Source: Deinococcus sp. (lineage in GTDB: Bacteria > Deinococcota > Deinococci > Deinococcales > Deinococcaceae). From it: DNA of 64,000 bases. Shown piece after piece: positions 41,288 through 56,696 of this stretch (its first letter is position 1; each line of letters opens with the position of its first letter). Below the pieces are notes generated by a model. It saw only the letters and a program-made list of their open reading frames with translations. It was not told the origin of the DNA and did not search any database. A program made the position numbers and the translations under genes. The stretch lies in NCBI GenBank assembly GCA_965261005.1, contig OZ253375.1, forward strand, positions 2,752,001 through 2,816,000, written 5' to 3'.

Positions 41288-42307
41288 TCAGACCCGTTCC
41301 GCCGCCCGAATCGCCCCGCGCGCCGCCAAATACTCGGCGATCTGCACGGCGTTCAGGGCCGCGCCCTTGAGCAGCTGGTCGCCGCTGACGAATAAATCCA
41401 GGCCACCGTCGAAGACCAAACTCGACCGCACCCGGCCCACCTCCACGTCGTACTTCTCGCTGGCGGTCAGCGGCATGGGGTAGCGCTTCTGCGCCGGGTC
41501 GTCCACCACCTCGACGCCGGGGCTGCGGCGCAGCAGCTCGCGGGCCTCGGCCGGGTCCGCAGGGCGCTCCAGTTCCAGCGTGATGGCCTCGCTGTGGGCG
41601 CGCAGGGTGGGAATGCGGACGGCGGTGCAGGAGATGCGCAAGTCGGGGGCGCCGAAGATCTTGCGGGTTTCCCAGACCACCTTCATCTCCTCCTTGGTGT
41701 AGCCGTTGTCCTGAAAGACGTCGATGTGCGGAATCAGGTTAAAGGCGATGGGGTGCGCGAAGGTCTGGGGCGGCGTGGTCTCGCCGTCCAGCACCGCGCG
41801 AGTCTGGTCCAGCAACTCGCCCATGCCGGAGGCCCCCGCCCCCGAGGTCGCTTGATAGGTGCTGAAAATGGCGCGCTTGACGCCGTACTCCCGGTGCAGC
41901 GGCCACAGCGCCACCGCCGCGACGGCGGTCGTGCAGTTGGGGTTGGCGATCAGGCCGGCGTGCCCCAGGGCCGCCTCGCCGTTCACCTCGGGAATCACCA
42001 GCGGCACGCCGTCCTGCATCCTAAAGGCGCTGGAGTTGTCAATCACCAAGGCGCCGCCCGCCATCCAGGCCGGGGCCAGCGCCTTGGAGACGCCCGCGCC
42101 CGCGCTGGCCAGCACCACGTCGGCGCTGAGGGAACCTTCCGGCGTGACCCTCACCATCAAGTCCTGGCCGCGAAAGGGCAAGGTGCTGCCCGCGCTGCGC
42201 GGCGAGGCGTACAGCGCGAGGTCCGTGATGGGGAGGCTGGAGCGCTCCAGCACCGAGAGCAGCTCGTGTCCGACCGCGCCGGTGGCGCCGACAATGGCTA
42301 TGCGCAT
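41288..42307 (-). CDS. asd: Aspartate-semialdehyde dehydrogenase
   Basis: [44 protein letters not shown]. Confidence 0.97.
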   Translation of the reverse strand: MRIAIVGATGAVGHELLSVLERSSLPITDLALYASPRSAGSTLPFRGQDLMVRVTPEGSLSADVVLASAGAGVSKALAPAWMAGGALVIDNSSAFRMQDGVPLVIPEVNGEAALGHAGLIANPNCTTAVAAVALWPLHREYGVKRAIFSTYQATSGAGASGMGELLDQTRAVLDGETTPPQTFAHPIAFNLIPHIDVFQDNGYTKEEMKVVWETRKIFGAPDLRISCTAVRIPTLRAHSEAITLELERPADPAEARELLRRSPGVEVVDDPAQKRYPMPLTASEKYDVEVGRVRSSLVFDGGLDLFVSGDQLLKGAALNAVQIAEYLAARGAIRAAERV

Positions 42308-42368
42308 GGAAAGTCCTTTCCCAAACAAGAGAACCCAAACAAGTGACCAAATAAGTAAATTGGGGGCG

Positions 42369-42394
42369 AAAAAAAACCCGCTCGGGCGAGCAGG
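42369..42394 (-). terminator. Intrinsic terminator in the asd leader
   Basis: Minus strand CCUGCUC-GCCC-GAGCGGG followed by U8. Confidence 0.8.
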
Positions 42395-42423
42395 CGGGCG
42401 AGGGAACCGGGAAGGGCCGTCGC

Positions 42424-42453
42424 CTAAAGAATCGTCGTGAGGCGGGGTGCCAT
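42424..42453 (-). CDS. Putative leader peptide MAPRLTTIL
   Basis: atg gca ccc cgc ctc acg acg att ctt tag, preceded by TTGACG-17-TAAGGT-6 nt. Confidence 0.7.
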   Translation of the reverse strand: MAPRLTTIL

Positions 42454-42504
42454 ACCGGCACCTTACCGGCTGAGGTCGGGGGCGTCAACGGGTCAGGTCA
42501 CGCT

Positions 42505-42810
42505 TCAACGCTTTTGCATCTTGACCCACGACAGCCAGCCGGCCTTGGCCCCCCGCCCCCCGCCGGCGATGTCCGCCAAGGTGATCTCGGGCGCGGGGTG
42601 GTCGGCGCGCACCCAGTGTCCGTCCAACAAGATCAGGCCGCCGAAGCGGCCGGCGGCGTGGAGAGCGTGTGTGCGCTCGGCCTCGGGCGTATGCGGATCG
42701 CGCGGGTCCACCAGGCTTTGCAGCATGGCGAGCAGGGCGTCGTCGGCGCAGGTCCAGCAGCCCGCCTGAAAGGTGGCCTCCTGACCGTAAATGCGAATCT
42801 TGGCGGACAT
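42505..42810 (-). CDS. Hypothetical protein
   Basis: ~101-aa ORF, GAGGGGGAG RBS before ATG 42810. Confidence 0.6.
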   Translation of the reverse strand: MSAKIRIYGQEATFQAGCWTCADDALLAMLQSLVDPRDPHTPEAERTHALHAAGRFGGLILLDGHWVRADHPAPEITLADIAGGGRGAKAGWLSWVKMQKR

Positions 42811-42938
42811 GCTCCCCCTCAAGGACGAGAACTTTCGGTCGCGGACGACACGAACGGCGAAATTAAGGTTGGGGTCATTGTACCGCGCAACTGTCGCCGC
42901 CGCCCTGGGGAAAGCCGCAGCGGCGCGCTTCCCGCCGG

Positions 42939-42967
42939 GTAGGGGAGGGTTTCAAACCCTCCCCTAC
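42939..42967. repeat. GTAG-type REP palindrome
   Basis: GTAGGGGAGGGTTT-C-AAACCCTCCCCTAC, perfect 14-bp arms. Confidence 0.75.
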
Positions 42968-43010
42968 ATCACCCATACCCCCCGCCCTCCCCACATAATC
43001 CCCTGCGCGT

Positions 43011-45107
43011 CTACGCGGTAGCCTCCCGCTTCCCCATCTCCCCAAATCCCTTCCCCTCCGCCACCAGCTTCTCCAGCAGCGGCGCCGGCTCCCAGCTGTC
43101 ACCGTATTGCTCGTGGAACTTCTGGATGTCGGCCAAGACGTTCTCCAGGCCCACCTGATCGGCGTAGAACATCGGGCCGCCCCGGTGGGCGGGGAAGCCG
43201 TAGCCGTAGACGTAGATCACGTCAATGTCGCCCGCGCGCTGGGCAATCCCTTCCTCCAGAATCTTGGCGCCCTCGTTGACCAGCTGGTAGATCAGGCGTT
43301 TGGTGATCTCCTCAGTGGGGAGTTCGCGTTTCATCAGGCCCTTTTCCATGCGGTAGTTCTGGATCAGGCTCTCCACCTCCGGGTCGGGAATGCCCTTGCG
43401 CCCGTTCGCGTAGCTGTAGACGCCCGCGCCGCTCTTCTGGCCCCTCCGCCCGAGTTCCACGATGCGGTCCATGAAGCCGTCGGGCTTGGGCAACCCCGCC
43501 TGCTCGGCTTGGCGCGCCCGGATGGCGGAGCCGATGTCGAGGCCCGCCATGTCGCTCATCTCGAAGGGTCCCATCGGCAGGCCGAAGGCGTGCATGGCGG
43601 CGTCCACGCGCTGGGGGTCGGCGCCCTCGTCCACCATCGCCTGCGCCTCGCGGCCGTACTGGTTGATCATGCGGTTGCCCACGAAGCCGTCGCACACGCC
43701 GACCACCACGCCGACCTTGTTCAGGGTCTTGGCGAGGGCCAGGCTGGTGACCAGCACCTCGTCGCTGACCGAATCTGGCCGCACGATCTCCAAGAGCCTC
43801 ATCACGTTGGCCGGGCTGAAGAAGTGCATGCCTAGGACGCTCTGAGGCCGCCCCGTGCTGCGCGCGATCTCGTTCAGGTCGAGGGTGGAGGTGTTGCTCG
43901 CCAGAATGGCGCCGGGCTTGCACGCGGCGTCGAGCTGGCCGAATACCCCGCGCTTGACGTTCATGTCCTCGAAGACGGCCTCGATCACGTAATCCGCGTC
44001 CGCCAAGTCGGCCAGATCGAGCGTGCCGCGAATCAGCCTCATCCTGTCTTCGACCTGCTGCGTCGTCAGGCGGCCCTTCTTGGCGGTGTTCTCATAATTT
44101 CCCCGAATGGTGGCGAGGCCGCGTTCCAGGTTCTCCGCGCTCGTTTCGTAGACGGTGATGGGAATCCCGGCGTTCGCGAAGTTCATGGCGATGTCGCCGC
44201 CCATGGTGCCCGCGCCCAGGACGCCCGCCGTTTTGATCTCGCGCGCCCCCACGTTCTTGCCGACGCCGTCAATCTTGTTCGCCTCGCGCTCCGCGAAGAA
44301 GATGTGGCGCAGCCCCCTCGATTGGTCGGAGGTCACGGCCCGCATGAACAGGTCGCGCTCGCGGCGCATGCCCTGGTCGAAGGGCAGCTGCACGGCAGCC
44401 TGGACGGCCTCCAGACAGAGGAGCGGCGCCTCCAGGCCGCGCGCTTGCCGCCCAATCTGCTCGCGCGCCGCCGCGAAGAAGACCTCCGGCGGCGCGCCCA
44501 AGCTGGCCTCCAGATCGCGCACCTTGGGCAGGCCGCGCGCGTTTCCCGCGAACTTGAGGGCGCCTTCCAGCAAGTCCCCTTGAATCAGCTCGTCAATCAA
44601 GCCGAGTTCCAGCGCCTCCTCCGCCTTGATGGGGTCGCCGGAGACGATCATCGGCAGCGCCCGCTCCACGCCGATGAGGCGCGGCAGCCGCTGGGTGCCG
44701 CCCGCGCCGGGAATCACGCCCAGCTTCACCTCGGGCTGGCCGAGGTTGGTGCCGGAACCGGCGACCCGGTAGTGGCAGCCCATCGCCACCTCCAAGCCGC
44801 CCCCCAGCGCGTTGCCGTGCATGGCCGCGACGACCGGCTTGGGGTTGCCCTCCAGCGCCTCGATCAGGCCCAGCACGTCGGGCTGCGCCTCCCTGGGCAA
44901 ATCGAAGGTCTTTACGTCCGCCCCGGCGATAAAGCTGCGCCCGCCGCCGATCAGCACCACGACCTGTACGCTCTCGTCGGCGTTGCCGCGTTCCAGACCG
45001 GCCAAGATGCCCTCCGGCACGCCGGGGGAAAGGACGTTCACGGGCGGGTTGTTGAGGGTCAGCACGGCGACGTTGCCGCGCGTTTCGTACAGCACCAGAT
45101 CGGACAT
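43011..45107 (-). CDS. Enoyl-CoA hydratase/3-hydroxyacyl-CoA dehydrogenase multifunctional enzyme (FadB-like)
   Basis: FIAGAD, GGGLEVA, PEVKLG, GAGTMG, SNTSTL, HFFSPA, GFVGNR. Confidence 0.93.
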   Translation of the reverse strand: MSDLVLYETRGNVAVLTLNNPPVNVLSPGVPEGILAGLERGNADESVQVVVLIGGGRSFIAGADVKTFDLPREAQPDVLGLIEALEGNPKPVVAAMHGNALGGGLEVAMGCHYRVAGSGTNLGQPEVKLGVIPGAGGTQRLPRLIGVERALPMIVSGDPIKAEEALELGLIDELIQGDLLEGALKFAGNARGLPKVRDLEASLGAPPEVFFAAAREQIGRQARGLEAPLLCLEAVQAAVQLPFDQGMRRERDLFMRAVTSDQSRGLRHIFFAEREANKIDGVGKNVGAREIKTAGVLGAGTMGGDIAMNFANAGIPITVYETSAENLERGLATIRGNYENTAKKGRLTTQQVEDRMRLIRGTLDLADLADADYVIEAVFEDMNVKRGVFGQLDAACKPGAILASNTSTLDLNEIARSTGRPQSVLGMHFFSPANVMRLLEIVRPDSVSDEVLVTSLALAKTLNKVGVVVGVCDGFVGNRMINQYGREAQAMVDEGADPQRVDAAMHAFGLPMGPFEMSDMAGLDIGSAIRARQAEQAGLPKPDGFMDRIVELGRRGQKSGAGVYSYANGRKGIPDPEVESLIQNYRMEKGLMKRELPTEEITKRLIYQLVNEGAKILEEGIAQRAGDIDVIYVYGYGFPAHRGGPMFYADQVGLENVLADIQKFHEQYGDSWEPAPLLEKLVAEGKGFGEMGKREATA

Positions 45108-45227
45108 ACAACCTCCGGGGAAAGCGTGTCGTTGGACTTTCCGCAAGCTAGCACGGACGCCGTTTGCGGGATTTCTTCCTGTGCCAAGGCACCTTCACAC
45201 GCCCGCCCCGGTGCTAGCCTCTTTCAC

Positions 45228-45656
<429 letters not shown>

Positions 45657-45676
45657 AAACGCCTTTTGGTGTGAAG

Positions 45677-45704
45677 AACGTCCGGCGCCTGGGCGCCGGA
45701 CGTT
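45677..45704. terminator. Hairpin, probable terminator
   Basis: aacgtccggcgcc-tg-ggcgccggacgtt. Confidence 0.6.
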
Positions 45705-45739
45705 ACTATTATCTTATTTGCTCTCTCATTCGCCCGAAC

Positions 45740-45767
45740 TTGACAGGCCATTTAGCCTATCTATAAT
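45740..45767 (+). promoter_or_regulatory. Consensus sigma70 promoter of the peptide ABC operon
   Basis: TTGACA-16-TATAAT. Confidence 0.75.
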
Positions 45768-45831
45768 GACCCATGTCAGAAACTTTACCTGGCATGGGCG
45801 TCTGCTATCTGGGCGCCGGTGAAGGAGTGCT

Positions 45832-47622
45832 ATGAAAAAACTCGCAGTTCTCTCGCTGTTGATGCTCGGCGCAGCCATGGCCGGACCCCGTCAAAACAAC
45901 GTCATCATCGGCACCTCTCAAGAGCCGCCCACCATTCAGGACTACTGGGCCACCAACAACCTGGCGATCTCCACCGAGATCAACGGCTTCCTGACCGATG
46001 GCCTGCTGAACAAGAACGACGCCGGCGAACTCATTCCCGACATCGCCGTCAGCGTGCCGTCCCTCAAGAATGGCGACTACAAGATCGTCAAGCAGGGTAA
46101 CAAGATCGTCAGCAACTCGGTGACCTACACCCTCAACCCGAACGCCAAGTGGTCGGACGGCAAGCCCATCACGACCGCCGACTTCCAGTTTTGGCTGGAC
46201 GTACAAAATGACCCGCGCGTGCCGGTGCCCACCCGCGAGCCGTACAACAGCGCGACCATCACCAAGGTCAGCGACAAGAAGTTCACCATCACCTACAAGC
46301 CCGCCTACCTGTTCGCCGACATCACCACGCCCGGCTACGCGCCCGCGCACGTCATGCAGGCCAAGTGGAACGCCTTCAAGACGGCGACCGCCAAGCTGGA
46401 CGCCAAGACCCAGGCCAAGGCGATCAACGACCAGTGGCAGCAGTTCTTGGCGCAGTACACCACCGCCAACAGCTTGCCGCCGGTGTCCTCGGGCGCCTTC
46501 AAGCTGACCCAGTGGCGCCCGGGATCGAGCATGACCATGGTGCGCAACACCAACTATTGGCTCAAGCCGCCCGGCGACGTCAAGAACTACGCCCAGCAGG
46601 TGATCTACCGCTTTATTCCCGACACCAACACCCTGCGCGTGAACGTGCTGTCGGGTCAGGTGGACGCCCTCGCGACGGTGGGCATCTCCTTCGATCAAGC
46701 GGTTGAGCTGCAAAAGTCCCAGGGCAACCGCTTCAAGACCTTCTTCGTGCCCAGCGGCACGTGGGAGCACATCGACCTCAACAAGTTCAGCAGCGTGCAA
46801 AAGGTCAAGGACTTGGGCCTCGACGACAAGCGCGTTCGTCAGGCGCTGCTGTACGCCCTCAACCGCGAGTCGCTGGTGCAGCAGCTCTATCAGGGGAAGC
46901 AGCCGGTCAGCAACAGCTTCGTGAACACCCTCAGCGAGCTGTACAAAAAGGACGTCCAGAAGTACACCTACGACCCGGCCAAGACCAAGGCGCTGTTCGC
47001 GGCGGCGGGCTGGAAGCCCGGCTCCGACGGCATCCTGACCAAGAACGGCAAGAAGTTCACCATCAACTTCACCACCACCGCCGGCAACAAGATTCGCGAG
47101 CGCGTGCAGCAGATTCTGATCGCGCAGTGGAAGGCCGTGGGCGTGGACGTGCGCGTCGCCAACCAGCCGTCCTCGGTGGTCTTCGCCGACGACTTCATCC
47201 AGCACGCCTCGACCGGCAGCTTCGACATGTTCATGTTCGCTTGGGTGCAGGACCCGACCCTGGAGGACGGCAACCTGTTCACCGCCCAAAACCAGACGGG
47301 CGAGAGCAACATCCCGACCGGCGATGACGGCTACGCCGGCCAGAACATCGGCGGCTGGAACAACGCCAAGTACACCGCCCTGTACAAGCAGGCTTACCAA
47401 GCCTTCGATCCCGAGGCGCGCGACCAGCTCTTCGACCAGATGCAGACCATCTGGGCCGACGAGGTGCCGGCCTTGCCGCTGTACAACCGCGCCAACCCCT
47501 ATATCAAGGCGCCCGGCTTGGTCAACTACACCTTCAGCGCGGCGAGCCTGTACCCCAGTTGGCAAGCCTACCTGCTGGGCTGGCAGCAGAACGGCGCCAA
47601 GGAAGTCAACGTCCAGAAGTAA
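45832..47622 (+). CDS. Peptide ABC transporter substrate-binding protein (family 5)
   Basis: Signal peptide, AKWSDGKPITTADF, VRQALLYALNRE. Confidence 0.92.
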   Translation: MKKLAVLSLLMLGAAMAGPRQNNVIIGTSQEPPTIQDYWATNNLAISTEINGFLTDGLLNKNDAGELIPDIAVSVPSLKNGDYKIVKQGNKIVSNSVTYTLNPNAKWSDGKPITTADFQFWLDVQNDPRVPVPTREPYNSATITKVSDKKFTITYKPAYLFADITTPGYAPAHVMQAKWNAFKTATAKLDAKTQAKAINDQWQQFLAQYTTANSLPPVSSGAFKLTQWRPGSSMTMVRNTNYWLKPPGDVKNYAQQVIYRFIPDTNTLRVNVLSGQVDALATVGISFDQAVELQKSQGNRFKTFFVPSGTWEHIDLNKFSSVQKVKDLGLDDKRVRQALLYALNRESLVQQLYQGKQPVSNSFVNTLSELYKKDVQKYTYDPAKTKALFAAAGWKPGSDGILTKNGKKFTINFTTTAGNKIRERVQQILIAQWKAVGVDVRVANQPSSVVFADDFIQHASTGSFDMFMFAWVQDPTLEDGNLFTAQNQTGESNIPTGDDGYAGQNIGGWNNAKYTALYKQAYQAFDPEARDQLFDQMQTIWADEVPALPLYNRANPYIKAPGLVNYTFSAASLYPSWQAYLLGWQQNGAKEVNVQK

Positions 47623-47669
47623 GCGCCTAGAAGTAAGCCCCTAAAAGTAAGCGCTTTCGATTCGCCCAG

Positions 47670-47697
47670 GTGGGAGGCCCGAGCCTCCCACTTTTTA
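47670..47697 (+). terminator. Intrinsic terminator after the substrate-binding gene
   Basis: gtgggaggc-ccga-gcctcccac then ttttt. Confidence 0.75.
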
Positions 47698-47713
47698 TGC
47701 CGGCGTTCTCTTG

Positions 47714-47847
47714 ATACGAATTCCGAAAATTTCCGTGCATTCCGGAAATTTTCTGAGCGGAGCGAACAGGAAAGAGATACGGGTTTCGCGGTATGGAGTG
47801 CAGGCGAGTGTCCTTCTCGACTGTACGGAATGAAGCGGAATCCGTAT
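47714..47847. repeat. Small non-coding element with terminal inverted repeats (Deinococcus SRE/SNR-like)
   Basis: Ends ATACGAATTCCG and CGGAATCCGTAT are 11/12 inverted; lower GC than flanks; family resemblance is from memory. Confidence 0.65.
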
Positions 47848-47952
47848 GAGGCGGTTTCTTCACAAGGGGCGTACACTGGGGCACGGCTTTTCTGGCGACC
47901 CCGCTGTGGCGCGCAGATAAGGGCAGATGAGGAACGAAAGGAACTGTTTGGC

Positions 47953-48948
47953 ATGGCGACTTATATCGTGCGGCGGCTGTTGCAGATGATCCCACTGCTC
48001 CTTTTGGTGAGCCTCGTGATTTACATTCTTGTGGCGCTGTCGCCGGGCGACCCCGTCACCGATTCGCTGCGCTTTAATCCGCGAGCGACCCCGGAGGACA
48101 TCGTTCGTCTGCGCGCCGCCTACGGCCTCGACCAGCCCGTTTACGTTCGCTACTTCAGGTGGCTGGTACAAGCGGTCCAGGGGAACTTCGGGTTTTCGCA
48201 GCAGTACTTCGTGCCGGCGACGCAGTTCGTGTTTCAGCAGCGTCTGCCCAACACCCTGTTGCTGTCGGGCATCGCCTTTCTCGTTTCGGTGGTGGTGGCT
48301 ATTCCGCTGGGCATCTTCTCGGCGCTGCGGCAATACAGCGCGGCCGACTACTTTTTTACCTTCCTGAGCTTTTTCGGTTTCAGCGTGCCCATCTTCTGGC
48401 TGGGCATCATGCTGATCTACCTGTTCGCCATCGTTATTCCGGGCTGGACGAACGGCGCGGTGTCGCTGCCCGCCGGCGGCATTGAGACGCCCGGCATCGT
48501 GGGCGCCGGTGCGTGGGAAGTGGCCCTCGACCGCCTCAAGTACCTGATTCTGCCGGTGTTCGCGCTGTCCTTTATTCAGGTGGCCGCTTGGACGCGCTTT
48601 ATGCGCGCCAGCATCTTGGAGGTGGTCAATCAGGATTACGTTCGCACGGCCAAGGCCAAGGGCCTCAGCGAGCGGGTGGTCACCTACAAGCACGCCCTCA
48701 GAAACGCCATCATTCCGATGATCACGCTGTTCGGCCTCTCGATTCCCGGCTTGCTGGGCGGGGCGACCCTGACCGAGACGGTCTTTAACTGGCCGGGCAT
48801 GGGGCGCGCCATCTTCGACGCCTTGGTCGCCAAGGACTTCAACATTGTGATGGTGTCGCTGGCCTTTTTGGCCCTGATGACCGCGCTGTTCAACCTGCTC
48901 GCCGACCTGGCTTACGCGGTGGTGGACCCGCGGATCCGTTACAGTTGA
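47953..48948 (+). CDS. Peptide ABC transporter permease (OppB/DppB)
   Basis: [37 protein letters not shown]. Confidence 0.93.
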   Translation: MATYIVRRLLQMIPLLLLVSLVIYILVALSPGDPVTDSLRFNPRATPEDIVRLRAAYGLDQPVYVRYFRWLVQAVQGNFGFSQQYFVPATQFVFQQRLPNTLLLSGIAFLVSVVVAIPLGIFSALRQYSAADYFFTFLSFFGFSVPIFWLGIMLIYLFAIVIPGWTNGAVSLPAGGIETPGIVGAGAWEVALDRLKYLILPVFALSFIQVAAWTRFMRASILEVVNQDYVRTAKAKGLSERVVTYKHALRNAIIPMITLFGLSIPGLLGGATLTETVFNWPGMGRAIFDALVAKDFNIVMVSLAFLALMTALFNLLADLAYAVVDPRIRYS

Positions 48949-49002
48949 CCCCCGCCCACGCCCAGAAAGCCGCCCACGCCCGGAAAGGACAACAAGGCCG
49001 AC

Positions 49003-49941
49003 GTGACCACAACCGTACCGCAGGCGCCCGTCAAGCGCCAAAGCCAATCCACCTGGAGCATCGCCCTGCGCCGTTTCCGGCGGCACAAGCTCGCGATGGT
49101 CAGTTTGGCCGTGATCGTGCTGCTGATTCTGATGGCCGTTTTTGCGCCCTTTTTGGCGCCCTACAACCCCTTCAAGTTCGACCCCAACCAGATCAATCCC
49201 TACGAGCCGCCCAGCCGCGCGCACCTGTTCGGCACCGACGATCTCGGGCGCGACGTGTTGTCGCGCATCATTTACGGCAGCCGGATCAGCTTGGCGGTGG
49301 GTTTCGCCGTCGCCTTTATCGGCGTGGTCTTTGGCACGTTCATGGGCATTTTGGCCGGCTACTTCGGCGGCTGGGTGGACACCTTGATCAGCCGTTTCAT
49401 TGATTTCATGCTCTCGCTTCCCGCCTTTCCGTTGCTGCTGGTCATCGCCGGCGTTCTCGCCTCCAGCAACGCCGGCTTTATCGTGGCCTTCCGCCTCAAC
49501 TTCCAAGAATCAGCCAGCGTCTACATCGTCATCGGGGTGTTGGCCTTTTTCGGCTGGCTGGGCACCGCCCGCTTGGTGCGCGGCGAGATTCTCAAGCTCA
49601 AAAATCTGGAGTACGTGGACGCCGCGCGCGCGCTGGGAGCCAAAAACGCGCGTATCATGTTTCGCCACTTGGTGCCCAACACCGTCGCCATCATCATCGT
49701 GCAGGCGACCCTGGACGTGGGCAGCGCCATTCTGACCGAGGCGGGCCTGTCCTTTCTCGGCTTCGGCATTCAGCCCCCGGTCTCCACTTGGGGCAACATG
49801 CTGTCCAACGCGCAGGAGGCGGTCTTCAACAGCCCGTGGCTGACGTTTTATCCGGGTGTTGCCATCCTGATCACCTGCTTGGCCTTTAACTTTCTGGGTG
49901 ACGGCATGCGCGACGCGCTCGACCCCAGAAGCCGGCTGTAA
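49003..49941 (+). CDS. Peptide ABC transporter permease (OppC/DppC)
   Basis: FGTDDLGRD, EYVDAARALGA, GDGMRDALDP. Confidence 0.93.
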   Translation: MTTTVPQAPVKRQSQSTWSIALRRFRRHKLAMVSLAVIVLLILMAVFAPFLAPYNPFKFDPNQINPYEPPSRAHLFGTDDLGRDVLSRIIYGSRISLAVGFAVAFIGVVFGTFMGILAGYFGGWVDTLISRFIDFMLSLPAFPLLLVIAGVLASSNAGFIVAFRLNFQESASVYIVIGVLAFFGWLGTARLVRGEILKLKNLEYVDAARALGAKNARIMFRHLVPNTVAIIIVQATLDVGSAILTEAGLSFLGFGIQPPVSTWGNMLSNAQEAVFNSPWLTFYPGVAILITCLAFNFLGDGMRDALDPRSRL

Positions 49942-50020
49942 AACCTGTAAAACAAGGTGTGCAGGGCGAAGGGGTCTCCCCTTCGCCTTTTCTTGTCGTC
50001 TCTTGCGTTATCCTGCGTTC

Positions 50021-50518
50021 GTGATCGTGCTCGGCATTGACCCCGGCCTCGCCAACCTCGGCGTGGGCTTGGTGGAGGGGGACGCCCGCAAGGCCCGCCA
50101 CCTGCACCACGTCTGCATCTATACCGAGTCGGCCTGGGTGCTGCCGAGGCGGCTGCTCTACCTGCACACCGAGCTGTCGCGTTTGATCGAGCTGTACCGG
50201 CCCGACGCGGTCGCCTTGGAGGCCCAGTATCTGCGCAAGCAGGCCGACGTCGCCTTCAAGATCGGTCAGGCGGTGGGCGTGGTTCAGCTGGCCTGCGCGC
50301 AGGCGGACCTGACCGTTCACCCCTACGGCCCCATGCAGGTCAAGCAGGCGCTGGTGGGGCACGGCCGGGCCGACAAGGCGCAGATCACCTACATGGTGCG
50401 GGCCAGCTTGGGGCTGCGTGAGGTGGGCAGCAACCACGCCGCCGACGCGCTGGCGCTGGCGCTCACGCACTTGGCCCAGTCCCCGATGCGCCGGGCGCTG
50501 ACGACCGCGACCGGCTAA
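50021..50518 (+). CDS. ruvC: Holliday junction resolvase
   Basis: VLGIDPG, QVKQALVGHGRADKAQI, HAADALA. Confidence 0.95.
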   Translation: MIVLGIDPGLANLGVGLVEGDARKARHLHHVCIYTESAWVLPRRLLYLHTELSRLIELYRPDAVALEAQYLRKQADVAFKIGQAVGVVQLACAQADLTVHPYGPMQVKQALVGHGRADKAQITYMVRASLGLREVGSNHAADALALALTHLAQSPMRRALTTATG

Positions 50519-50534
50519 CCGTGAACCCGGCCTT

Positions 50535-51176
50535 GTGAACGTGGTCCTGTTGCTCGGCCTGACGCTGTTGCCCACCGGCTTTTGGCTGTGGCTGTTCGTG
50601 CGCCGTGACGCCCATCCGGAGCCGCCCGTGTTGCTGCTGAGGACCTTCGCTTACGGCGGCTTGGCCTGGGCGCTGTCAGCCGCCTTTGAACTCAGCTTCA
50701 GCGCGGTTGCACTTCCCTGGTTGGTGCTGGCCCTGAGCGCGCTGATCGAGGAGGGCGCCAAGCTGCTGGCCGCCAGCACCGCCGTTCACGAGCGCGACTT
50801 CGACGAGCCGATGGACGGCCTGATCTACGCCGTGACGGCCGCCTTGGGCTTTTCCTTGCTGGAGAACTTGGCTTACGGCCTTCAGTACGGCGCGGAGGTG
50901 GTCGTGTGGCGCGGCGGCGTGACCACGCTCGCACACGTCCTGTTCAGCGCGCCCCTCGGGTACGCCCTCGCGCGGGCGCGCTTCTCGGGGGGGCGTTGGT
51001 GGCTCGCGCGTGGCCTTTTGATGGCCGCCCTTCTGCATGTCCTCTTTGACGGCCTGCTCGCCGGCCGTCAGGCATGGTGGCAACTGCCCGTGTTGGCGGT
51101 CACGCTGGGCCTTGTGTACCTGGCCGTTGACCGGCTGTACGTCCTGTGGCGCGCCGACCAACAAGCGGGCCGCTGA
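50535..51176 (+). CDS. PrsW family intramembrane protease
   Basis: IEEGAK, DGLIYA...LGFSLLEN, HVLF, LLHVLFD. Confidence 0.88.
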   Translation: MNVVLLLGLTLLPTGFWLWLFVRRDAHPEPPVLLLRTFAYGGLAWALSAAFELSFSAVALPWLVLALSALIEEGAKLLAASTAVHERDFDEPMDGLIYAVTAALGFSLLENLAYGLQYGAEVVVWRGGVTTLAHVLFSAPLGYALARARFSGGRWWLARGLLMAALLHVLFDGLLAGRQAWWQLPVLAVTLGLVYLAVDRLYVLWRADQQAGR

Positions 51177-51196
51177 GCTTCGACTGTTGATTTCAA

Positions 51197-51883
51197 CTAC
51201 AGCGTGGGCGCCCCCGTGTTGCCCTCGACCCAGCGCTCCCCGTTCTCACCGACCTCCAATTTCCAAACGGGCAGGTGCAGCTTAAGGTGCTCGATCAAGA
51301 AGTCGCAGGCTTCCAGCGCCGCGCGGCGGTGGGCGCTGCCCACGCCGATCAGAATGCTGGGTTCGGCGGGCCGCACCCGGCCGGTGCGGTGGGCCATGTA
51401 GCTTCCGCCCAAGGCATATTCGGCGCGGGCAAGCTGGGCGGCGTCCCGCATGACCCGTTCGGCCAGGGCGGGGTACGCCTCGTATTCCAGGTAAGCGACC
51501 GCTGTTCCCTGGTTGGGCGAGCGAACCGTACCCACGAAGTAGGCTTGCGCGCCCCAAGCCGGGCGGATCAAGAAATCCTGAGCCGCTGGGAAGCTCAGTG
51601 GAGAAGCTGTCACCAAGCAGATGTCGTTGTCACCAACGTCGTCAGCGCCGCCTCCGGCGACGGGCGGTAAAAAGGCGACCTCGTCGTTTTCGCTCAACGT
51701 GGTGTCGGGGGTGGCGTAGCGCTCGTTCACGGCGACCATGCAGCCGGTTAGCGACACGCCGAAGCGCTCCGATACTTGCTGGGCCACCTCACGCACCGAG
51801 GCGCCGCCGGCCACCTCGACCTCGGCGTGCTCGGTTTCCGCCTCACGCTTGAGGCGCGCAAAAAACAGGACCTTGACGATCAC
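51197..51883 (-). CDS. Fused molybdopterin synthase MoaD-MoaE
   Basis: VLFFARL...PPVAGG, then FVGTVR, HRTG, SAHR, PVWKLE. Confidence 0.92.
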   Translation of the reverse strand: MIVKVLFFARLKREAETEHAEVEVAGGASVREVAQQVSERFGVSLTGCMVAVNERYATPDTTLSENDEVAFLPPVAGGGADDVGDNDICLVTASPLSFPAAQDFLIRPAWGAQAYFVGTVRSPNQGTAVAYLEYEAYPALAERVMRDAAQLARAEYALGGSYMAHRTGRVRPAEPSILIGVGSAHRRAALEACDFLIEHLKLHLPVWKLEVGENGERWVEGNTGAPTL

Positions 51884-51905
51884 GCTGTCCAAAGTAGCAC
51901 GGGGC

Positions 51906-51934
51906 TTGACATTTCCCGAACTTCCATTTATTCT
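51906..51934 (+). promoter_or_regulatory. Promoter of the 23S-5S-tRNA unit
   Basis: TTGACA-17-TATTCT about 70 bp upstream of the 23S. Confidence 0.7.
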
Positions 51935-52002
51935 CTCTAAGCCTCGATTGAGGCGAGGAACATGACAAACGAGACAAGGGAAGCGCGAGAGCGCTTTTAA
52001 GA

Positions 52003-56378
<4,376 letters not shown>

Positions 56379-56503
56379 TTATTTTCTTAAAAAACCCCGC
56401 CTCTCGCGGTCGCGCAGGACGGCAGGAGGGAAGTTCATCGTTTTTTCGGGCTTCGGCAAGCAAACGATGAAGACGGTTTCGCAGGGACATTCTCATCTGG
56501 GGG

Positions 56504-56533
56504 TTGACCGGGTCTTCTTCATGCTTGTATCAT
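56504..56533 (+). promoter_or_regulatory. Probable slpA promoter giving a ~155-nt 5' UTR
   Basis: TTGACC-18-TATCAT. Confidence 0.5.
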
Positions 56534-56696
56534 CACCCTGATCTGGGTCGTTGTTTTCTCACAGAAGTGAGTCAAGGCGGCTCAATCAGCGTGAGAAGAG
56601 GAAGTAGCGGCATGATCTTCGGGAGAGGAAACCCGGCAACTCGCCCCGACGCCGTGTTCAGCTGCCCCTTGTTCGAGCGCACCGTAGGGGGTTCGT

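Noticed and set aside
44185..44220. [10 protein letters not shown] instead of the usual ...GxGIA in the dehydrogenase
   Set aside because: The GxGxxG core is intact; one substitution is not enough to call inactivation
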